A stretch of 64,000 nucleotides of DNA from Paraspadella gotoi (taxonomy: Eukaryota > Animalia > Chaetognatha), in NCBI GenBank assembly GCA_051294375.1, contig CM119265.1, forward strand, positions 12,571,564 through 12,635,563, written 5' to 3'. The notes beneath the pieces were generated by a model. It saw only the letters and a list, made by a program, of their open reading frames with translations, was not told the DNA's origin and ran no database searches. Numbering within the stretch: the stretch's first letter is position 1; each line of letters opens with the position of its first letter. Below are positions 38,026-51,197 of this stretch, one piece after another. The position numbers were made by a program, and so were the translations under genes.

Positions 38026-38253
38026 CAGATGGAAAAGAAGGCGGGATGACTGACGCGAGAAATTGATGATTACGATGATAAGAATAATGCAGACATTAAT
38101 GGGGATAATAACGACGATGATATTGGAGGTAAATAAGAAAGACGATATCGAAAAGAAAATGGTTTTGCTATCTTCGTATCTCAGTCTCTCTCTGCTTTAA
38201 AATACAATTTGACCTCACCCTGTCTACGATGTCTGCTGAGACTATTTAGTTGA

Positions 38254-38293
<40 letters not shown>

Positions 38294-38795
38294 ACTCGTG
38301 GGAAAATCGAATTTTTAGAAGAAGATGGAAAGAAAAAAGGGGAGAAAGGAAAAGAAAGAAGAAAGAAGAAAGAAGAAAAAACAAAAACGAGAAAAAGGAG
38401 GAAAGGAGGAAAAAAATAATTCTTTCTGAAAAAATAAAAAGGATGAAGAGAAAGAAAGAGAAGAAGAAGGAGATGTTGAGGACAAAGAAAAAGAATAAGG
38501 CGAAGGTGAAAAAAAAAATGTTAAAAAAAGGAGAAAAAGGAGAAAAAAAAAAGTAGAAACATGAGAAAAAGGAAACAAGATGAAGGAAAGGAAGAAAAAG
38601 AAAAGAAAATGAATAAAAAGGAGAAAAAGAAAGAAGGAGAAAAAAAAATCAGGATCTCTTCTCTTCTCGACGAAGAGGGCGGAGAGCGGCTGGAAACTCG
38701 TTTGCATATTCCCTCTCTTTCTTCATTTTCTTTTCTTACTTTTCTTTTCGGTTTCTTCGTCTGTATGTCTGTATCTTTGACTCTTTTCTTTCTAT

Positions 38796-38837
<42 letters not shown>

Positions 38838-39509
38838 TTCTATTGAGATCGGTATTTAAGGTTCGATATAAAGAAGCGAGCGAACAGGTGGTTGATTACA
38901 GGGAGGTTCTCGAAGAAAAAGTTGATTACAGGGAGGTTCTCGAAGAAAAAGTTAACGGTTTTTCATTCACAGGACAAAAAAGAGAGAAAAAAGTGCAAGG
39001 AGACACAGCGAGGGAGATAAAGAGAGCGAGAGAGTTTTAGAAATAGCTAAGGACAAATTTCTCCTTTAGAAGCCTAAGTTAAAATCCTAAAAAGAATTAA
39101 AGTGACAAAATAAACTAAATTTAGAATTAAAAACACAAAAGAAACGAATTCGCATATAAATGGAAACTCCTCGCTCAAAACTATCAAAATGAACATTTAT
39201 TTCACTACAAGATAAATGCCCTACCTTTTGTACATATTTGTAATTAGGTTTATGAATACGAAACCAATGAAGTAAATATCACGCTTTTGGCGTTTTCTAT
39301 TGTCTAAGTATTAAGTATTAAGTATTAACAATTCAATGGTCAATGTTAAAGTGAGTGAGGTGAAACCTGACCCGAGGTCAGATGGTCGAATAATGGGCAG
39401 CGAACTTGATCGTTGTTGTCGGTGTTGTGGTCGTTTGTTGTTGTTGTTGTCATCGTCACTTGAGCCGCTACACATACTTAATAAGTATAATATATAAGTA
39501 TATATATAG

Positions 39510-39762
39510 TATATAAGTATTACTTAGATCAAATAGTTAAGTTAGTCTCGAAACGTACAATCGCCCGTCCTTCGCTGAGTCGAATTAAACAGAGAAGAAA
39601 AACTGAATGTTTAAAGAGTCCATGAATTTTTTATATATACTATATAAGTATTACTTATATCAAATAGTTAAGTTAGTCTTGAAACGTACAATCGCCTGTC
39701 CTTCGCTGAGTCGAATTAAACAGAGAAGAAAAACTGAATGTTTAAAGAGTCCATGAATTTTT
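39510..39762. repeat. ~132 bp tandem duplication
   Basis: tataagtattactta...gagtccatgaattttt occurs twice. Confidence 0.85.
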
Positions 39763-40192
39763 GGTTTCGGGTTCACCGAACACGAAGCAGAGGGTTTCCA
39801 TCTGGAGAAGCGACGAGGTGGAGAGAGGAAGGGAAAAGGAAGAAGAGGGAGGAAGTGTAGGAGAGAAAGAGGAGGAAGAGAGGTGGGAGGAAGAAAAGAC
39901 AAAAAAGGAAAGGGAGAGAAAAGAAGAGGAAAAATAAAAAGATAAGAAATAAAGAGGGGGTAAAAGGTGACTTAGTGAGTTATAAGTGACAAAAGAAGGA
40001 AGGAGAGGGAGATGCAAAACAATCTCGAGAGGAAAAACGTCTGCTTTTAAAAATATGCGAGACACAAAAAAGAAAAGAAAATTTAAAAACACAATATCCT
40101 ATTTTTTTTTTTTTGGGGCCGAGAGGTCGAGGGGTCACCCAGAACGCCAATGACGGCGTCTTAATGCCGAGTAGTTTGCAAGAGATAGAGAG

Positions 40193-40231
<39 letters not shown>

Positions 40232-41048
40232 GAGAGAGAGAGAGAGAGCTGAGAGAGAGAGAATCTACATGACAATAGTAAGAATGTTTAACTTTTCCTT
40301 TGAGCTTCGGTTTTTTTTCTTTTTGGCCCTTCTTTCGCCCAGTTTCGCTCTTATATTCACCTTTTCCCTCGATCTCCTTTCTTTCGTTCTCCTGTTCTCC
40401 CGTTCTCCAGTTATACCGTTCTCCAGTACTCCCGTTCTCCCGTTCTCCTCCCCCAGCAACAAGTGAAAAATCGCTTCAAAAAGAAAAGGATATCAATTTC
40501 AAATTTTGAATTAAATTGATTTTAATTACTGTCACTATACTCTAGCTACGAGATAGTTTCTGACGAANNNNNNNNNNNNNNNNNNNNNNNNNNNNNNNNN
40601 NNNNNNNNNNNNNNNNNNNNNNNNNNNNNNNNNNNNNNNNNNNNNNNNNNNNNNNNNNNNNNNNNNNGATTTCTTTGGGTTGCACCAGAGTATTCTGACA
40701 TTACATTTTTAGAGAAAAGCGAAAAAAAAGAGGTTTTGTTTTGTTTACAATTACATACAACGAAATTTAATTCACCAAGAGAAAACTGACAAGTTTCGGC
40801 TAAATTATTAGCCTTCATCAGCGCATAATTAATTCGAAATAAAACCGAAAGTCCGTAATAACAATAAATTACACTTAAAAAAATGATTTTCTTATTGTAG
40901 CCAGTTATTAAAATGGTGTTGGTTTTTAATATTTAGTTTTTTTATCGGAACAAATGTTTCAAATAATTAGCGATTTCAAGCGGCGGGTGTGTAACTGTAT
41001 TTATGTAACTGTATGTATGTAACTGTCACCGATGTTGGAAAACGAGTT

Positions 41049-43195
41049 TTAAACCAGTTTGGGTTTCTCGCAAACAAAATATCGAATGTAGGAGGAGTAA
41101 CGTTTTTCAAAGAACCATTTCTGTTCTTTATAGTAGATATATATCTTCTCTTCCTTTAAAACCGGAACCTCGGTCGCTGGAAAGAAATGCCGGATTTCTC
41201 TGCTGCCGCCAAGATCGTGCCATTTCCAGCCGAGGCTCGCCTCTCCGGCACCGGATGTCCACCACGAGTGATCACTTCGGCTTTGAATCTTCAAAACGTC
41301 GGCCAACAATGCATTTTCCAGGGGAGAATCTATTGACATCAGTTGGCTTCCTAAAAAAAAATCTAAATATTCAATGTTTACTTCGAAAAAGCCATATAAC
41401 TTCTGTGATAAATCACCCAAAACCACCTTCACCCACTCACCGATTTGGGAGCAGTGAACATTGGCGAATTCCCAGTCGACCGCCTCTTTGATGATGAAGT
41501 AACAGGAGTCGAGTTGTGGGTGAAAGAACCAATCACGTCCTCCGCAAATGTCACCCGACCAATTAGAAATCGAGGTAGCTTCCCACTGCAGCGTCGGTGA
41601 AAACGGCGTCGCCACCCACCACGGTGCCAAGCTCGAGGTGGCGTTAGCGGCGACGTTAGGCGGCGCCACGCATCTGTTAACCCGGACGTCTTTGGTGCCT
41701 ATGTTCGTCTCCAGGATGACGCAGGACTGGGACCCCGAAGGAACGGATACAAAGCTGGTCTCGGTGACGTTGGACGCTTTCTCACACAGGAAACTATTTC
41801 GGTAACTAAAAAAAAAAATAAAGCAAATGATTATATTTCCTAACAATTTCAGAGAATTTTTTTTTTTACAAAATATTTTCTCTCCTCGTCTTTGACTTTT
41901 CCAAAATATCAACTTTAAAAATCGGCCACCATTCTTACGCAATTCCGTCGTAATTTTGCCAGTAAATTCCAAAGAATTTCAAGTATCGATGCGTTGAAAT
42001 ACGACCGGGTTGCCAATTCTGAAATCGAAACCTCTCCTCGTTTTCGATCCAACGCCACTCTTTACGACCCTCGGGATCGTATCCGCCGATGGAAACGGAG
42101 AAGTAAGTCGATCCAAAGATTGACTTCAACATCTCTACCACGAGATCGTTCTCAATCTTGGAGTCTATCGTCGCTAAGTGGCCTCCTAAGTAGAATAAGC
42201 TGAGATTTATAAATCTTCTCCGTGGATAACGTATGTACCAATTTCAAAAGCAGGCTCACCGTAAAGCTGGCAAGATATCGCCGCGAATGGCCATGTCACG
42301 TGGTGTCGGAAGAGCCTGTAGCAACTTCCCGTCTGCGGTTGATGCAGCCACTCGTGTCCGTTGCAATCAGAGTTTAGCCATTGCGATGCCTCGGTGACTC
42401 GCCGAAGGACGCTCGGTTCGATCGGAGCTACGAACCAACCCGGAAGCAAGCCGCGAGCGTCGACGGAGGCTTTGACGCACTGAAGAGACTCCAGAGGAGT
42501 CGGGTCGTCGGAAGAGTGAAGAATGCGCGAGTAGAAACAGAGTCTAGAAGAATTGGGATAGACGGGAGGAAAGGAAGGGTTCGGTGAGATAAACGGATGA
42601 GTGGTCGTCGTTTTTGGCGAGGAGACGATGGTTATGGGAGGGTGGATGATTGGGGGTAAATCCGTCGGACGACTGGTCATCTCCGGCGCTGTTGGTTTTT
42701 CTGGGTCTTCCTCTTCTTCTTCGTTGTTGTTACTGTCGTCTTCAACAATATTTTTCTTTTTGATCATCGTCCCGTCCATCTTGCTAATTTCCAAAATATA
42801 TCTCTCATTTCTTGCTTCTGCTGAAATTGGACGCCGTAAATGACAGAGATGACGATCAGCGCCAAAAGCGTCACAATCGCGAAACAGAGACACAAGATGA
42901 TCGATTTCTAAGCTTTTGTACGACGGAAATATGGGCGCATGCCGGTGGAGATGTCATGTGTGACGTCCAGCCGGAGCGCTGCGCGAGCGAGCCGCCGGAG
43001 GCGGTCGTGGCGGCGCCCTAATCGAACCTCGGGTCTGAGAGAGATGTAAGTGGCACACCACGACACTTGAAGCACGTTCGGAGTTTGACGGCGGAATCGT
43101 ATAAAGGGTGATCCGCGGGAATCGGCGCTATAAAGTCAGCAGTGCTGCCAACGTCGCCGACGTTGCCGAGCCGCCCCACCGATACTATCATTCAT
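41049..43195 (-). CDS. Type II membrane protein with mucin-like stalk and two C-type lectin-like domains (5' part carries indels)
   Basis: Exons ~43195-42260, 42185-41939, 41805-41441, 41350-41049 are phase-consistent. CTLD motifs: SCYRLFRHHVTWPFAAISC-GGHLATIDSKIEN..EWRWIENEERFRFQNWQPG..FLCEK and SCYFIIKEAVDWEFANVHC-GSQLMSIDSPLEN..WKW..FVCEK. TM segment FAIVTLLALIVISV is clearest in the duplicate copy. Confidence 0.8.
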
Positions 43196-43705
43196 GACAA
43201 TGCTTAGATATTTCACCCGGCATGTCTTTTTAGTTTGAACAAATTAGGAAAGTAAGAACACACCAGGTTTAAGTAAAATTGAAATAAGTAATTTTTTTAT
43301 CTCAAAAACAGGTTTCTCTTCGCCATCCACGTCAAAGCATTGTCATGGGGGAAAAACCAATTGCGAAAAGAGCGGGGAGAAAGAGAGAGAGAGAGAGATA
43401 AAGGCATGAGCCGAAGAAAACCAGTTTTTTTGTAAATGAATGAATGATATCAGGTTATGTACAAAGTCGCGCTAAAAAAGTACAGGGTCCACCAGCTCTT
43501 TTTGAAATAAATTTTGATCTTTATTGTAAGTCTTGGGTCTTGGGTCTTTATTGTAACGTTGTATGTAGATTGAAATCAATAATGTTTTGGAAACCCTTAA
43601 TCTTACTTTCAGTCGATGCCCAAAATGTTTAAAAATTTTTATAGTAGAAATGGCCTAATTAAAATATCATTTTTTCTCGCGCAACTTTGTCAAACTTTAC
43701 AGTGT

Positions 43706-44351
43706 TTACTGTCAATATTGTTCTTTTTGATCATCGTCCCGTCCATCTTTGCTAATTTCCAAAAATATATCTCTCATTTCTTGCTTCTGCTGAAATTGGA
43801 CGCCGTAAATGACAGAGATGACGATCAGCGCCAAAAGCGTCACAATCGCGAAACCAGAGACACAAATGATCCGATTTCTAATGCGTTTGGACAATGGAAA
43901 TATGGGTGCAGCCGGTGGAGATGTCGTTTGTGACATTCGCACCAGAGGCGCTGGGAGTCTAGCCGACGGCGGAGGCGGTCGTTGCGGTGTCCTAATCAAA
44001 CCCTCGGGTCTGAGAGAGATTTAAGTAGCACCACCGATGCTTGAAGCATGGTCGGAGTTCGACGGCGGAATTGTAAAAGGGTGATCTGGTGGAATCGGCC
44101 GATAAAAGTCAGTAGTGCTGCTAACGTCACCGACATCGCCGATGCCGCCCCCACTGATACTATCATTCATGACAATGCTTAGATTTTCACCCGGCATGTC
44201 TTTTTTAGTTTGAACAAATTAGGAAAGTAAGAACACACCAGGTTTAAGTAAAATTGAAATAAGTAATTTTTTTATCTCAAAAACAGGTTTCTCTTTTGCC
44301 ATCCACGTCATAAGCATTGTCATGGGGGAAAAACCAATTGCAAAAAGAGCG

Positions 44352-44385
<34 letters not shown>

Positions 44386-44705
44386 TAAAGCTATGAGCCG
44401 AAGAAAACCAGTTTTTTTCGTAAAGGAATGAATGATATCAGGTTATGTACAAAGTCGCGCAAAAAAGTACAGGGTCCGCCAGCTCTTTTTGGAATAAATT
44501 TTGATCTTTATTGTAAGTCTTGGGTCTGGTCTTTATTGTAACCGTTTGTATGTAGATTGAAATCGATAATGTTTTTTGGAAACCGCGCCTTAAATCTTTA
44601 GCTTTCAGTCGATGCCCAAAATGTTTTAAAAATTTTATAGTAGATAATGGCCTAATTAAAATATCATGTTTTTCTGCGAGCAACTTTGTCAAACTTTACA
44701 GTGTA
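43706..44705 (-). repeat. Diverged tandem copy of the 5' end and upstream region of the C-type lectin gene (copy of ~42730-43705)
   Basis: Colinear similarity with substitutions and indels; includes ATG AAT GAT AGT (44170) and the TM segment but no lectin domains. Confidence 0.85.
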
Positions 44706-46027
44706 AAGTTTACACCCATGTCAGTTGGTTACAAATAGTAATAAATTAAAATAAAAAACAATTTTGGAACCTCCTTGATCTTGGCGTTCGGTCAATACCC
44801 ATTACCCAATATGTTATAAAAATAGATTGATAGATATTTTTACCACGAGTCATTTTTTAGGATTTTTTTAAAGATAGATTAAAAAAACTAATACATTTTT
44901 ATTGCGAACTGTATTTTTGAGTAACTCAAGGACATAAAAATTATACTTAAAAGTATTTTGTGCCGGAATTGGTTTAATAAGACATCAACTAATATCGAAA
45001 CAACATTACATCGTTACTGACTTATTAATGCAGCTGCAATTGGGTCAGTTTATCGATGCGCAGTTGAAAAAAACTGTCTTTCTTTTTGTAGTCATTTATC
45101 GAGAGCGATAATTGAAACATGCTCCTGAAACCCTTTCTCACACTCATGCCAATTTAAAAAAAAAAGAAAAAGATTTTTACAACTTCAAATGAATTTTTCA
45201 AATTATTCCCAAAAGAGCGCGCGGACTCCGTAATTATAAAAAACGCGAATTCTCGCGTCATACCATATCCTTATTTTGAATACTACGTATTTGATTTTTT
45301 TTTAAATGAATGAATTGATTCACTGTAGAAGTTTCAGGAATCAAAAAACTATTATTAGATATCGTATAATTCTTCATTGTCCAAACAATTATTCGGTACC
45401 TTGTTTTGCACTAATAATTGATACTAACGTTATGACTTTCGTCGCTAGGTCTACATAACCCAAGATTTTTACAATGAGATAATCGTTCTAATACTGTCAG
45501 TATCGTCCGATTTATTCCTTTTTTTTTCCTGGTCAGCCAAGTCCGAGAAAAAAAAAACTCAAACGCCGGCCGGAAAGAAAAAATTTGGAAGACGCAGAAG
45601 CTCGGCCTGAAAAGAAACGGGCACTCGTTTTATTAACTTATTCTCTCGTCAAAGATTTATCAGCGCTCTTGGAACAATTATGTTTTTTTTGTTTTTTTTA
45701 GGGGTGGGGGGGGGCGGAGAGGGAGAGAAAGGGAGGAGAAAAATAGAGACGGAGGCGAATGAGAAGGCGGAAGACTTACTACGATACGAGATATATTGTA
45801 CAAATGTAGATAAATAAAGGGATGTAATAGTGCAAAGAAAACAATTCTCTTTCGGTGAAAAATGGCAAATCATGTTCGGACAACGTGTTTCTCACGCTAT
45901 TCATTAATTATGAAAAAAAAGAAAAGAAACGCCCGAAGCAACGGAGAAACATGAGACCTCCATATATAAAATTCAATCTTCTCATGTATCAAAGTCTCGA
46001 GAGAAAGCGAGAGCCTTAAAGCGGAAG

Positions 46028-46096
46028 TGTCGTCGTCGTCATCGTCGTCGTAGTCGTCGTCGTCGTCGTCGTAGTCGTCGTCGTCGTAGTCGTCGT
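46028..46096. repeat. (GTC/GTA)n trinucleotide microsatellite
   Basis: Direct reading; similar (GAC/GTC)n tracts at 2977, 9755, 35637, 36125, 38254, 46643, 50055. Confidence 0.9.
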
Positions 46097-46653
46097 CGTC
46101 GTAGTCGTCGTCGTCGTAAAAAAATATGGCTTCGATTCATGGGTTTATTTTGTAATAGATATCGAGGCTGTCATTTTAAATATCGATAAAGATGATGAAA
46201 AACTACCTCGTTAACAAGTAAAATAACGAAAGCAGTACGATGTCAAGTTTGCAAATCGTTAAAAATACACGTTACAAACCATTGAGGATGGAAATCGCTT
46301 AAAAAATAAAAAATAAAAAGAAAAAAGCCTCTTTCCGCGTGCACGCCAGCGCCCATTCGCACGCGCGACATCCCGCGGTCCGGCAAATCCGCACGCATAC
46401 AATCGAGGGACGCGGCGGTAGTCGGCCGCCCGCGCTTAAAATGCCATTAGAATAATTTGAGAGCGAAGGGTACAAAGGAAAAGGGGTGGCGACGAGGGGT
46501 TGGTGGAAAGTTTTGGTTGAAGTAAGTGGAGGAGGGACCGGGGGGTGGAGTGGAAAAGGGGGGCAATGGGGCGCCAGATTGAGAGCGGAGAGGACAGACT
46601 TGGGCGGTGGAAACCGAAGTTTGTTTGGCAACAAAGATTTGAGACGACGACGA

Positions 46654-46692
<39 letters not shown>

Positions 46693-47268
46693 AGACGACG
46701 AAGCGGGGGACAAAATTCCCTGCGCGGTTTTAAATTTATTTACTGAAGTTATTTTTACGGTATAGGATCCCTATATTGTTAAAAATATATTACTTTTGTA
46801 GACGCTCATGGTTTTCTGAGTCGCCAAAATTCTTGGACGAACTGGAAAAAAAAAATTTGAAAAGGAAGGGAGACTGATTGAGACGGCCATCAAATTGGCT
46901 CCCGGTTGTCTCGCCCCAGGCCTCCATCTTTGAGGCGGTCCTCCCATCGTCCTAACCCAAGCCATCCTAACCAAAACCAACCGAAACTAACCATCCAATC
47001 CCAGCCAAACCCCATGCTGACTTCTTGTATATTTATTGTGCCAAATAGTGGTTTCTTAAAGTGAGATTGGTTTTGGTGGGGTGATTGATTGCTTGGTTGG
47101 TTGGTTGTCTTAGCTAGAAACTTGATAAGTTGGAATGTTTTTTTCTTGGAGGTTGATTGGTTCTTCAGGAGGGCAACCAGGGGTCAAACTGATACACCTG
47201 CAATGTCTGTGGAAAGAAAGAGAGAGAGGGGCAGTGAGAGAAAGAGGTAGAAAGAGAGAAAGAGGAGA

Positions 47269-47319
<51 letters not shown>

Positions 47320-48237
47320 GAAGAGAGAGAGAAGAGAGAGAGAGAGAGAGATAGGGAGAGAAAGAAGCGTTTTTTGAAAAAAACCGGGAAAGAACATGGA
47401 CCACGGTTGATGAAAATTTCGTATTATTATTATAATACGTACTATCAGGTTGGCTCCGTAATTTATTCTTCGACATCGTCATTGTCGTCGTCGTCTTACT
47501 CCCGAGCTTCGCCTCTTGTCGTCAACGAATAATCAATAAACGAGACGATGTGTGTATTTTTCCATCCTCTCCCTTCGAAGACAACAAACAAGAAAGTTTT
47601 CGAGGATGAGGTGTTGTTTTTATGGCGCCTGCTCCGAAAGCTGCGGCGGACCAGAAGGCGCGGCGGCGGCGGCGGCGGCGGATCGGAAGTGTGACGAAAG
47701 GTGATTTTGCGGCGGTGTAAATAAATCGTGGCGACGACTGATGAAGAAAAATTTTGGGGTTAAACAGTTATGACTAATTTCTTAATAGTATCGACAAAAC
47801 GTTTGATATTTGTCGAAGAAATAGGAATTTATGGAAAAAAATATTTAAATAATTGACATTTTACGTACAACAAACCGAGACTCGAGACTCCCGCGTTTTC
47901 ATCACTTAACGTCAACTGTGAACACATGACGCCATTTTATTCGTTTACTTATAAATCGATAGGCGCCTTAGTAGTCGTCGTCGTCGTCGATGACGTGAGT
48001 CTAGTCGTCTTCATGGTCGTTCTAGTCGTCTCTTCATTAAAAGACGACAGTAAAGCTAAATCAGTTTTTACGGATACATCCATTTATAACCAGATATATT
48101 TCTTTGTGAGACAGAAAGAGTTAGAGAGAAAATCCGGGTGGAATCGCGAAGAAAGTGAAAGAGAGATAAAGAAAAGGAGAATAGCAATTTCGTTCCGGCA
48201 AAAAGTTGTTATGCAAATGCCGTCTAGTTATTTGTTC

Positions 48238-48305
<68 letters not shown>

Positions 48306-50895
48306 GAGAGAGAGAGAAGAGAAGGAAATTTTACCCTTCGCGCGATTTCAAACTTTTTCTATTTTTCTTGGATTACGATATCATTTATATCCAGTGAGTC
48401 TTTCAATTTTTTTTTTTTGCAAACTAAATTTAAATTAATTTCTTTTCAATTATAAAAAAAAAAAAGGAAAATTTATGCGGGGAAAAATCTCAGCCTCAGT
48501 TTCGACGCCTCAAATCGAACGGATTTAAACGCAACCGAGATTCAAGAAGAAAATTCATTGAAAGAAAAAAAAAGAGTAAAAAAAAAATGTCTCACCGGTT
48601 TTTAAATCAACTTCGTTTGCTCTAGAAAAATAATTTATATATTTTCTCTCTCGACACGGTCGAAATAAGATTAAGCGTTGGTTTTTTGTTTGTTTATAAA
48701 ACAGTAATCCGCGTTGGCGTTGTTGTGTAAGAACTTAGGAAGCCCCTTTTTGCGGATCATGCACTGCGCTTTTTCAGGTTTAATTCTAATAAGACAGCTT
48801 GCCAATTCAACGAGGAAACGACGTTAATGAGTTAGCAACTTAAGCACACCAATTTTAAGGAGAGCTGTTTTCTTTATTATCGTTAAAAATGTTTTAGTAA
48901 AAAAATCATGATGGAATTCTTAGCAGATGGAAAACAATAGTTTATCCTAGTATTAATTGTCAAATTTTATATGGTCTGAGAAAAAAAAAAGTTAGGTAAC
49001 AACGTCATTCCTCCATCTAGAACTTCATATATCTTCTCTGAAGGATGGACCAGTCTCGACTTCGTCTCGTGCCCATAACTGATACCGTCTCCTTTGCCAT
49101 CTCTCGAAACACCCGTTGCCAGCTCACAGACGCGACTCGGCGCCCGCTCGAGCGCCAAAGGAAGCCGTCCTCGGCACCCAGACCTAAAAGTAGGCGTGTC
49201 CTCGCCCCCCTCCCCCCTCCTTCACGACCGGAAGCCGAAGAGGAGGCTAAATCACTCTTTGTGATTCAATAAGCAACAGATTTATTCTTCCCAAAGACGC
49301 GGAACCCGCAGACCGAAGGCAATGAAGAAACCTGCGAAGAAAAGCGGAGGAGATGGGGAGAAGAGCTCAGATGGAGACCGGAGGAAGAAGATGGAGTTAA
49401 GTTTTAAGGAAGATGTGGATGGATGTGCGGAGAAAAAGCCAAAATAGACCAAATAGAAAAGGATAGGCTTTGCAATTTATGTGGGGAATCAGGTAAGAGC
49501 TAACGAAAGATACTACTAATTTAAAGTAGAAACCAAGCGTTTGTGAAATAGTTAAACTTGGGGGGGTTATGGCTAATGAAGAAACAATTGTTTTATTTTT
49601 TTTTTAATTTTTTTTTAGAAAATTCATTTACAGTCGAGTCGTAATCCGCGTCTCTTTGAAAATTGGGTGAAGCGGGAAAATAAAGATGAGAATGAAGAAA
49701 TCACAAATAATGAGTTGAAAAGACAAAAAAGTTGCATAAGAATCGATTGGATAAGAACCAAAAAAAAAAAAAAAGGCGAAAATAGAAAAGAAAAAGGTAA
49801 AACTCGAGTTTCCTTTGACCGAGTTATTAACGGAGAAAGAGAACGAGGCCCACGACGGGTAAGGTTAGAAATGCGAGAGAAGTCGGCGAAAGCGAAAGCG
49901 GAATAGGGCTGGCATCAACAGAGTGGAACATTTTCAGCGGAAAACGTTTTGCACCTGATTGGCGTCGTCGTTGTCCCTCGGTTGTCGATAACTGTGTCGT
50001 CGATATCGTTTTTTTTTTACTCGAGTCATACACCTCGTCTTCCACGTGATCGTTCATCGTCGTCATCATCATCATCGTCGTCGTCGTCGTCGTTATCGTC
50101 GACCGTCGCCAGAGTTGTTATCGAGAAAAACGCGACGGCCTCGATTTTTGTCGTCGCCCAAAATTCATCGTCATCTATTGTGCGATTATTTTCGGCTTCG
50201 ACGTCAAACTCGTCTTCATTTCGGTCGTCGCCGTCTTCGTCGTCTTGGTCGTCGTCGTTGTTGACGCCATCACAGCGTCTCTTTATGTGGTCATGTCGTC
50301 ATTCATAGTCGTTCGACTCGTTCTTCTTCCTTCTTGTCATTCTCGTCGTCGTCTCAGCTGACGTCTTCGTCGTAGTTCGCCTTCTTCTTTGTCGTTATTC
50401 GCCTTCGTCTTCGTCGTAGTTCCCCGTTCTCTCCAAGACTCTCCTTCTCTTGCCTTGGGGCTCTCGAGTTTTTACGCTGTGAATAAAAAGAGGTTTAAAA
50501 AAGTACTTATTTTCTTTTTCTTCTTATTTAGCATAAAATGTTTCGATTATTCATTGTCATTTCATCGCGTCCATAACCCTTTTAAAAGTTTCGGGAGTCT
50601 CCTTTTTCCCGCCTTTTCTGTCATTTAAAGTAGCGGCAATAATTTTTGTCACGCAATAGGATCTCTAAAATACGCAGTAGATACAAAACTACCAGATTAG
50701 GTAGCTGAGGTGACTTGAACAATTTGAAATAAGTAAAATTTTATAACCTTTAAACTTTTTAATAATTCAATTTTTTTTTCACTATATCTCCCTTCCTTTT
50801 TCATCAATACTTCTGATCTTGCTTCCAAACATTCGGTAGTACTTTCTTCCTTTCCTTCCTCGTTAAAATTTCCTCATTCTTTACCATTATTTTTC

Positions 50896-51165
50896 GCACC
50901 GCGAACAACTCTATAAGTCACTTTTCGGTCGGTCTGTCGTTCTGTCGTTCAGTCAGTGGGTCGGTCGGTATGTCTGACTGTGTGTCCCATTTACGTTAAA
51001 AATGCTATAAATGCTCAAAAATGCGCCTATAGTTTCTCATTTATTAAGACAGGAAAAAACATCAAATCTAAGCGACTGCTAGCGTCGCCTTCAGAAAATC
51101 AAAAAAACTGTAAAGAATAAAAGACAGCGTGTGTGCAGTGCATGTCATAAATTCATGGGCTAAGT
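50896..51165 (+). mobile_element. DINE/HINE-like repeat family B, copy 2
   Basis: (GGTC/GTCT)n tract then TGCAGTGCATGTCATAAATTCATGGGC; matches 37772-38025. Confidence 0.65.
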
Positions 51166-51197
51166 TAATTTAGTTAATACTTGGCTTCAATCCCCAT

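Noticed and set aside
44448-44913. Possible mariner-type MITE (TACA...TGTA ends)
   Set aside because: Inverted repeat match too degenerate to support by eye
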